Shown here: in pieces, positions 23,831-30,313 of the stretch
Position numbering within the stretch: position 1 is the first letter of the stretch
Layout of the letters: each line of letters starts with the position of its first letter
Assembly: GCA_036507455.1 (NCBI GenBank)
Contig: DATCJB010000009.1
Span: 1-32,680 of the forward strand
Source of the DNA: Patescibacteria group bacterium
Lineage (GTDB): Bacteria; Patescibacteriota; Microgenomatia; Curtissbacterales; DATCJB01
Length of the DNA: 32,680 nucleotides
Direction: 5' to 3'
The notes under the pieces: model-generated
Seen by the model: only the letters and a program-made list of their open reading frames with translations
Database searches by the model: none
What the model was told of the DNA's origin: nothing
Translations under genes and position numbers: made by a program

Positions 23831-25729
23831 ATGAGGATTATTACCCGGTTTGCGGGAATATTTATTTTTTTTGTTTTATTATTCGTGTTTCAAACCCCGG
23901 CCCTGGCGGAGGGTGAATTTGCGATTGACTATGATGTTTTATATAAAGCAACAAACGACTTAAAACTAAATGTCACGCAAGAGATTACCTTAACCAATAA
24001 GACCACACAATTTTTTGCAACCGAATCTTCTTTAACACTGGGTAAAATCAAAGCGGAAAACATCACGGCCAGCGATAATCTGGGACCGCTTGTTGTTGAA
24101 AGTAATTTTGACGGCGATACCACAATCAAAGTTAAGTTTAATCAAAAAATTGTCGGATCAGGCAAAAATTTTACCTTTAAAGTAAGTTACGATGCTTCAG
24201 AACTTTTAAGCAGGAACGGTCAGGTAACGGAGATTTCCATACCAAAACTGGCTCCGTCTGCTGATTTGTCTTCTTACGATTTGACTTTGGAAGTTCCGGC
24301 AGGTTTTGGCCCCTTAGCATACGTTTCGCCTCAGCCGGTCAGCTCCAGTGTTGCCAAATCAGTATTTTCAGGCGGAGTGTCAAGGTTTATTTTCAACAAG
24401 GATCAGCTTGAGAAAAACGGCATATCAGCTTCTTTTGGACAAAGCCAGGTATTTGAATTTGAGCTAAATTATCACTTACAAAACCCAAATTTAGTTACGA
24501 TTGTTACCGAAATTGCCATACCTTCCGATACACCCTACCAAAAGCTAGTCTACAGCGAAATTAGCCCAAGACCGCTGGACGTGTATCAGGACCAAGACGG
24601 CAATTGGCTGGCTAAATATAAATTATCTTCAAAGGATAACATTGACGTTGTGGCAACAGGTTTTGCAGAATTATTTCCCCAATCCCAATTCAAAGAAGAA
24701 CTGGATGCCAATCGGAGAAGTAATTATTTAAAATCCCAAAAATATTGGGAAACCGACAATAATTCAATCTATAACAAAGCTAAAGAACTAAAAGTTGACA
24801 ATGACTCAAAGCGCACTGCAGGCAACATATATGATTTTGTAGTCGGATACCTTACATACAATCAGGAACGCCTCAATTCTAACCAGTTAGACAGGCTGGG
24901 AGCGGCTTATGCATACAACAATCCGGAAAGTGCAGTGTGTATGGAATTTACGGACCTATTTATCGCCTTATCCCGGGCGGCGGGAGTACCGGCCAGGGAA
25001 ATAAACGGTTTTGCCTACACTCAAAATGAGCGCTTAAGACCTTTGTCGCTGCGTTCGCAGGAACAGGACGTACTTCATGCCTGGCCTGAATATTATGATG
25101 ATACACTCGGGTGGATCGCGGTTGACCCGACCTGGGCTTCGACAACCGGCGGCATAGACTACTTCTCAAAACTTGATTTTAATCACTTTTCTTTTGTCAG
25201 AAAAGGAATTTCGTCAGAAAATCCACTCCCTGCCGGTGCCTATAAATATGATGAAAATCAGGGTCCCGACGTTATCGTAAAAGTAAGTGAAAAAAGGTTA
25301 GAAGAAGTTAAATCTAAGATTGAGATGGATTTGGATATACCCGGAAATATTATTGCCGGATTTCCGACTATTGGAGTGGTTACTTTAAAAAATCTGACGG
25401 GAACCGCAACAGCCGCGGCCAACTTAACGTTTGAAATTACGGGTGCAAGCTTGGAATCACCGACAGAGCAATTAATTATTTTGCCGCCTTTTGCAAATAA
25501 AGAAATAAAATTTGTAGTTACACAATCAAATTTATTTTATACTCAAAAAGGAAACATAAAAGTTGTTTTTGACAAATTAACCCGTGAGAAAAGTTTTAAT
25601 GTCAGACCGGCTATTTTATTTATCATCGCCGGCTTGGTAATTATTATCATCTTTGCCTCTTCGGTTGTATTTTTGATATTTTTCGTTGTGAAAAAATTTA
25701 AAAAAACTTCAAATAATCCGCCAATATAA
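23831..25729 (+). CDS. secreted, C-terminally membrane-anchored transglutaminase-like (papain-fold Cys protease superfamily) protein
   Basis: About 632 aa from the ATG at 23831; the ORF is open from a TTG at 23795 that overlaps the uvrA stop.
- Signal peptide: MRIITRFAGIFIFFVLLFVFQTPALA-EG.
- Transglutaminase core triad context: ESAVCMEFTDLFIALSRAAGVPAREINGFAY, DVLHAWPEYY and GWIAVDPTW.
- An Ig/CARDB-like segment.
- A terminal TM helix: ILFIIAGLVIIIIFASSVVFLIFFVV. Confidence 0.8.
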   Translation: MRIITRFAGIFIFFVLLFVFQTPALAEGEFAIDYDVLYKATNDLKLNVTQEITLTNKTTQFFATESSLTLGKIKAENITASDNLGPLVVESNFDGDTTIKVKFNQKIVGSGKNFTFKVSYDASELLSRNGQVTEISIPKLAPSADLSSYDLTLEVPAGFGPLAYVSPQPVSSSVAKSVFSGGVSRFIFNKDQLEKNGISASFGQSQVFEFELNYHLQNPNLVTIVTEIAIPSDTPYQKLVYSEISPRPLDVYQDQDGNWLAKYKLSSKDNIDVVATGFAELFPQSQFKEELDANRRSNYLKSQKYWETDNNSIYNKAKELKVDNDSKRTAGNIYDFVVGYLTYNQERLNSNQLDRLGAAYAYNNPESAVCMEFTDLFIALSRAAGVPAREINGFAYTQNERLRPLSLRSQEQDVLHAWPEYYDDTLGWIAVDPTWASTTGGIDYFSKLDFNHFSFVRKGISSENPLPAGAYKYDENQGPDVIVKVSEKRLEEVKSKIEMDLDIPGNIIAGFPTIGVVTLKNLTGTATAAANLTFEITGASLESPTEQLIILPPFANKEIKFVVTQSNLFYTQKGNIKVVFDKLTREKSFNVRPAILFIIAGLVIIIIFASSVVFLIFFVVKKFKKTSNNPPI

Positions 25730-25801
25730 AATTAATAATCTTAAATTTGCTTCCAGGTCGTTATTTAGACTATCATTTGCTAGAAATTTTGATTTAAAAA
25801 C

Positions 25802-27064
25802 ATGAATAAACCTCCAAAGGATTTACCAACCGGTCCGGGAGTATATAAGTTTTGCGGTGTGAAGGGAAATATCCTGTACGTTGGAAAAGCCATAAATTTA
25901 AAATCAAGAATCGGTTCGTATTTTGCAAACCGTGATAACCTTGGCCCAAAAACAAAAGCTATGGTTCAACTCGCCAAGTCAATTGAAATAGTTAAGGTAG
26001 AGTCTGAAATTGAGGCATTGCTTTTAGAAGCGGCTTTAATTTCCAAGCACTTGCCAAAATTTAATTCTGAACTTAAAGATGACCGTTCTCCAATATATAT
26101 AAAAATAACCGTTGGCAACGAGATTCCCCTTATCACGACTGCCAGAAGGCAAAAAAAAACAAAAGGTGTTAAGATTTTTGGTCCTTTTCCCTCATCGTCA
26201 AATGTCAGATCGGTTCTAAAAATACTCAGAAGAATTTTTCCATATTGTACCCACCAACGACGACAAAAAAGCTGTTTGTATGTTCACTTAGGTTTGTGTC
26301 CGGATCCGTTTGCCAGCCAGCGGGCAAGACTTGATTACAAGAAGACCATTAAAAATATTTTGATGTTTTTAAACGGTGAAAAAAAACGGTTAATTTTGAA
26401 TTTGATAAAAGAAATGCAAGTACTTTCAAATAATCAGGAATTTGAGAATGCAAACAAAATTAAAAAACAAATTGATGCTATAAATTATGTAACTCAAAAC
26501 TTCAGGCAACCGGAAGAATATTTGAAAGCACCGGATTTAATAGAAGATTTAGCAAATGAAAAAATTCAGGCTCTTCAAAACGTACTCGGTTTAACAATTC
26601 CTCTAATAAGAATTGAGTGTTACGATATTTCAAATACACAAGGCAAACAAGCTACGGGTTCGATGGTTGTTTTTACAAACGGCCTTCCGGATATTAGTGA
26701 ATATAGAAAATTTAAAATAAAATTGAAAAATACTCCTGATGATTATTCAATGATAAAAGAAGTGATTTATAGGAGATTAAAAAACGATTGGACAAAACCG
26801 AATTTGTTTGTCATCGACGGCGGTAAAGGACAATTATCTGCAGCCAAAAGTATACTTGATATTCAAAAAGTTACGATTCCGATAATATCACTGGCCAAAC
26901 GGCTTGAAGAAATTTATTTACCTGATAATTCCGAACCTATTAGTTTAAGAAGTGACTCTTCGGCTATTTTACTCTTAAGACACATCAGGGATGAGTCTCA
27001 CAGATTTGCAATTTTTTATCACAGAAAATTAAGAATCAAAGCATTTCTGCAAAAAAAGATTTAA
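25802..27064 (+). CDS. uvrC: excinuclease ABC subunit C, short form lacking the C-terminal (HhH)2 domain
   Basis: 420 aa. GIY-YIG domain (GPGVYKFCG..GNILYVGKAINLKSRIGSYF), a Cys-rich segment (YCTHQRRQKSCLYVHLGLCPDPF), a UVR domain (NQEFENANKIKKQIDAINYV) and an RNase H-like endonuclease domain (IECYDISNTQG, VIDGGKGQL, RDESHRFAI). The protein ends about 20 residues after this last motif. Confidence 0.88.
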   Translation: MNKPPKDLPTGPGVYKFCGVKGNILYVGKAINLKSRIGSYFANRDNLGPKTKAMVQLAKSIEIVKVESEIEALLLEAALISKHLPKFNSELKDDRSPIYIKITVGNEIPLITTARRQKKTKGVKIFGPFPSSSNVRSVLKILRRIFPYCTHQRRQKSCLYVHLGLCPDPFASQRARLDYKKTIKNILMFLNGEKKRLILNLIKEMQVLSNNQEFENANKIKKQIDAINYVTQNFRQPEEYLKAPDLIEDLANEKIQALQNVLGLTIPLIRIECYDISNTQGKQATGSMVVFTNGLPDISEYRKFKIKLKNTPDDYSMIKEVIYRRLKNDWTKPNLFVIDGGKGQLSAAKSILDIQKVTIPIISLAKRLEEIYLPDNSEPISLRSDSSAILLLRHIRDESHRFAIFYHRKLRIKAFLQKKI

Positions 27065-27128
27065 ACGTTCACAAAGCTTGCTGATCAATTTTGGTAAGTG
27101 GTAGCATAAAGAAGCCTTTAAATTTATA

Positions 27129-27187
27129 GATACAAAATGTTTATATTGAGTAAAACGAAATGTTTACATTGAACGAAGTGAAATGAA
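27129..27187 (+). promoter_or_regulatory. leader cassette of the DUF360 membrane-protein gene; homologous to the uvrA leader
   Basis: AATGTTTATATT is at 27136-27147 and AATGTTTACATT is at 27159-27170. Positions 27156-27187 are identical to 20857-20888. The upstream part GATA..CAAAATGTTTAYATTGAG is also shared with 20803-20827. Confidence 0.7.
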
Positions 27188-27584
27188 GTCCCAATTAAGA
27201 TCAATTTTAATCATAACTGCAGGTATTTATATCTCAACAAGGATTATCGATGGTTTTAAAATTGCTTTTGACTGGCAGACTTTTGCTATTGTGGCCGGTA
27301 TTATATTTGTAGTCCATTCTTTAGTAGGACCAATTGCAAAAGCACTGCTTATTCCTTTCAGTTTTGTCTCAAGCCACATTATCGATATTTTAGTTATTTC
27401 CGCGACACTTTACGGACTAACATTTTTTATTCCCCAGATTTCCATCAACGCATACCAGTTTCAGGGTTTGGCTACTGCAAATTTTGTCATCCCTCCGGTT
27501 TATATGAACAAGCCAATGGTAATTGTTGCCGCAGCTGTGGTTATAGGGTTGACACAATTTGTATTAAATTGGCTTTCAGACTGA
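27183..27584 (+). CDS. small integral membrane protein, DUF360/YvlD ('phage holin 4_2') family-like
   Basis: 133 aa with four predicted TM helices. The overall pattern (TM1, then GFKIA..F, TM2, then VGPIAKALLIPFSF, TM3, TM4) resembles YvlD-type proteins from memory. The family assignment is not verified. Confidence 0.55.
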   Translation: MKSQLRSILIITAGIYISTRIIDGFKIAFDWQTFAIVAGIIFVVHSLVGPIAKALLIPFSFVSSHIIDILVISATLYGLTFFIPQISINAYQFQGLATANFVIPPVYMNKPMVIVAAAVVIGLTQFVLNWLSD

Positions 27585-27605
27585 AAATTACCTACCAAAT
27601 GTAAA

Positions 27606-28613
27606 ATGAAGAACCTTTTTATTAATTTTTTAAGACACTACCTGGAAATTCCTCAAAAACCTAAAAAAATCGTCTGTATTGGAGGAGGAACCGGACTTTC
27701 TAATTTACTGGGAGGATTGAGGAGATTTAATTTGGATATTTGTGCTGTTGTTACTATGTGTGACGAAGGAGGCTCAACCGGCCGTTTGCGTAAATTATAC
27801 GACGTCCCTGCTGTCGGGGATTTAAGAAAATGTTTGGCAGCTTTAGCATCAACTGATCAAACATTGGTTGATTTACTCAATTACCGGTTTGAAGGAAACA
27901 GATATTCCAAAGACAACCAGCTTGGAGGTCATTCGTTCGGAAATCTTTTTTTAGTTGCACTTTCGGATATCAGCGGTAATTTTAACAAAGGACTTGAAGA
28001 GGCATCAAAATTGTTAAATATTTCCGGGAAGGTACTTCCGTCAACTTTGACAGATTCTAAGATTTGGGCGGAAATGACAGACGGCCAAAAAGTGTATGGG
28101 GAGGAAAATATAGACCTTGGTACATATCAGGGTAAGTCTCAAATTAAGAAATTGTATCTTGAACCGTTGGACGCAAAAGGATACCCGAAAGCGATTAACG
28201 AGATTTTAGAAGCTTCACAAATTATTGTAGGTCCCGGTGATTTATACACTTCCATTCTGCCGAACTTATTAATAAAGGATATTGCCAAAGCGGTCAAAAA
28301 CTCGCGGGCAAGCAAGATTTTTATAACAAATGTTGCTAATAAACCTACGGAAACAAAAGATTATACGATTGAAAAGTATCTGGAAGTTATCTTGGATCAC
28401 GTCGGTTTTAATATTTTTGACACAATTTTGGTTAATACAAAATATTCCGTTAATCTACCCAAAGAATTAGGTTACTCGCAGGTAAAATTTAAAGACAAAA
28501 ATAAAATAAAAAATATGAGGATAATTGAAGGGGACTTTATTCATTCAAAAAACCCGACCCATCACGATGCAAATAAAACTGCAGAAGCCATTTTTAACTT
28601 AATCAATAATTAA
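27606..28613 (+). CDS. yvcK: YvcK/CofD-family protein (gluconeogenesis factor / UPF0052)
   Basis: 335 aa. Contains KIVCIGGGTGLSNLLGGLRR, VVTMCDEGGSTGRLR, VGDLRKCL and GPGDLYTSILPNLL, the hallmark YvcK/CofD motifs. It starts 21 nt after the membrane-protein gene. Confidence 0.85.
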   Translation: MKNLFINFLRHYLEIPQKPKKIVCIGGGTGLSNLLGGLRRFNLDICAVVTMCDEGGSTGRLRKLYDVPAVGDLRKCLAALASTDQTLVDLLNYRFEGNRYSKDNQLGGHSFGNLFLVALSDISGNFNKGLEEASKLLNISGKVLPSTLTDSKIWAEMTDGQKVYGEENIDLGTYQGKSQIKKLYLEPLDAKGYPKAINEILEASQIIVGPGDLYTSILPNLLIKDIAKAVKNSRASKIFITNVANKPTETKDYTIEKYLEVILDHVGFNIFDTILVNTKYSVNLPKELGYSQVKFKDKNKIKNMRIIEGDFIHSKNPTHHDANKTAEAIFNLINN

Positions 28614-28674
28614 TTTAAATTACCGTTTAAACTTTGCTTTTGTGTAAAAAATGGTTTAAAATTCACTTTTGCTC

Positions 28675-28899
28675 ATGCTTAATACGATTTTACAGATTAT
28701 CCAAATAATAATAGCAATAAGTTTAATAGTTGTAATCCTTCTACAGGCTAAAGGAGTTGGGCTTGGAGCCACTTTTGGCGGAGAAGGAAGCTTTTACCGC
28801 TCCAGAAGGGGAGTCGAAAAACTTTTACTATACTTAACAATTGCATTTTCTACTCTTTTTGCGGCAGTTTCGATTATCGGAGTGGTGATAAGTTCCTAA
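28675..28899 (+). CDS. secG: preprotein translocase subunit SecG
   Basis: About 74 aa from the ATG at 28675; an alternative TTG lies at 28669. Two TM helices flank the G-rich loop LLQAKGVGLGATFGGEGSFYRSRRG, which is typical of SecG. Confidence 0.8.
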   Translation: MLNTILQIIQIIIAISLIVVILLQAKGVGLGATFGGEGSFYRSRRGVEKLLLYLTIAFSTLFAAVSIIGVVISS

Positions 28900-28908
28900 G
28901 TTATTAAG

Positions 28909-30306
28909 ATGTTTCCCCAAAAAATAACAAGACGATTCCGTTTTTTTATGTGGTTTGTCAGCCGTTACTTCTCAAGGCACGGACAAAGAGTGCTCTCCAT
29001 ACTTTTGTTTTTAATAGTATTAACCGGTGTCTTATATTGGATATTAAAGTTTGTTAATCCTTTCAATCCTACTCATACGGAGGGTATTATCGGTACTTAC
29101 ACGGTCGAAAAACTCCCAGCCAGAGTTACAAATCTTGTTAGCGTTGGACTTACCAGGGTTAATAGTGAGGGAAATTTTGAACCGCAACTGGCTACCTGGA
29201 CTGTCGATGAGGAAGGAAAAACCTATACGTTTACGCTTAAAGACAATACCTTTTGGCAGGACGGTAAAAAGGTTGTTACGTCCGACTTGGTTATTGCGAT
29301 AGAAGGAGTAACGATAAATTATCCAAACGAAAAAACCATTGAATTTAAATTAAACGAACCCTTTTCTCCCTTCCCGTCGTTACTTTCCAAACCGATCTTT
29401 AGAAAGAATACTCTTGTTGGTGCGGGTAAATATAAAATAAAAAAGTTAGAAACTCAATCTCAAAACGTTTCACAAGTTAAATTAGAAAGTTTAGAAAAGA
29501 ATTTGCCTAATGTCGACTTCAATTTTTACCATACGGAAGATTCCGCGCTAACAGCCTTAAAGTTAGGCCAGGTAGATGCTATTTACGGAGTTTTTAATCA
29601 CAAACCTTCGGATACTTGGCCAAACTGGCAGGTTGAGAAAGTACCTGCATATAACAAAATCGTGACAATATTTTTTAATACCAAAGACCAGTTTTTAACA
29701 AAAGAAGCCAGACTTGCGCTAAATTACCTGATTGACAGGTCAAAATATGAACACACTTTGGCAACTTCAACGATTTCTCCTACGTCCTGGGCATATAATC
29801 CGGAGTTGAAGCATTTTGAAAAGAACGTCGAAAAAGCAAATGAACTCGTTAAGGATCTTAACCTGGAAAATCAGAAAGTCATACTTTCAACTCTGCCTCA
29901 ATTTGAAAGTGTGGCAAATATGATTGCAAACGATTGGCGCAAGTTACTAATCGAAGTTGAAGTTAAAGTCGTAGGACAATTTGAAGAAAACTACCAGGTG
30001 TTTTTAGCAGGCCAGGAATTTCCGATTGATCCCGACCAATATACCCTGTGGCACTCAACACAAAAAACAAACATAACAAAACTTTCAAGTCCAAGAATAG
30101 ATAAATTATTAGAAGACGGAAGAAAATTGGTTGACCCGAATGAAAGAAAACAAAAGTATCATGATTTCCAAAAAGTCTTAATTGACGAATCCCCGGCAAT
30201 ATTTCTGTATTTTCCGGATAATTACTTTATTTCCCGCAGGAAAGTTACAAAAAATGTAGACCGAATTTCAACTGCTTACCCGAATTTTAAAACAATTTCA
30301 GATTAA
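28909..30306 (+). CDS. ABC-transporter family-5 (peptide/nickel type) substrate-binding protein, N-terminally membrane-anchored, orphan
   Basis: 465 aa with an N-terminal TM helix (VLSILLFLIVLTGVLYWIL). GLTRVNSEGNFEPQLATWTVDEEGKTYTFTLKDNTFWQDGKKVVTSDL is the SBP_bac_5 signature region. No permease or ATPase genes are adjacent. Confidence 0.7.
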   Translation: MFPQKITRRFRFFMWFVSRYFSRHGQRVLSILLFLIVLTGVLYWILKFVNPFNPTHTEGIIGTYTVEKLPARVTNLVSVGLTRVNSEGNFEPQLATWTVDEEGKTYTFTLKDNTFWQDGKKVVTSDLVIAIEGVTINYPNEKTIEFKLNEPFSPFPSLLSKPIFRKNTLVGAGKYKIKKLETQSQNVSQVKLESLEKNLPNVDFNFYHTEDSALTALKLGQVDAIYGVFNHKPSDTWPNWQVEKVPAYNKIVTIFFNTKDQFLTKEARLALNYLIDRSKYEHTLATSTISPTSWAYNPELKHFEKNVEKANELVKDLNLENQKVILSTLPQFESVANMIANDWRKLLIEVEVKVVGQFEENYQVFLAGQEFPIDPDQYTLWHSTQKTNITKLSSPRIDKLLEDGRKLVDPNERKQKYHDFQKVLIDESPAIFLYFPDNYFISRRKVTKNVDRISTAYPNFKTISD

Positions 30307-30313
30307 GGAAGAT

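Noticed and set aside
27183-27584. Phage holin or prophage remnant, because the DUF360/YvlD family is named 'phage holin 4_2' in databases.
   Set aside because: There is no phage context: no endolysin, terminase, integrase, att-like repeats or compositional shift. The flanking genes are core housekeeping genes. The family name is historical and does not establish holin function.
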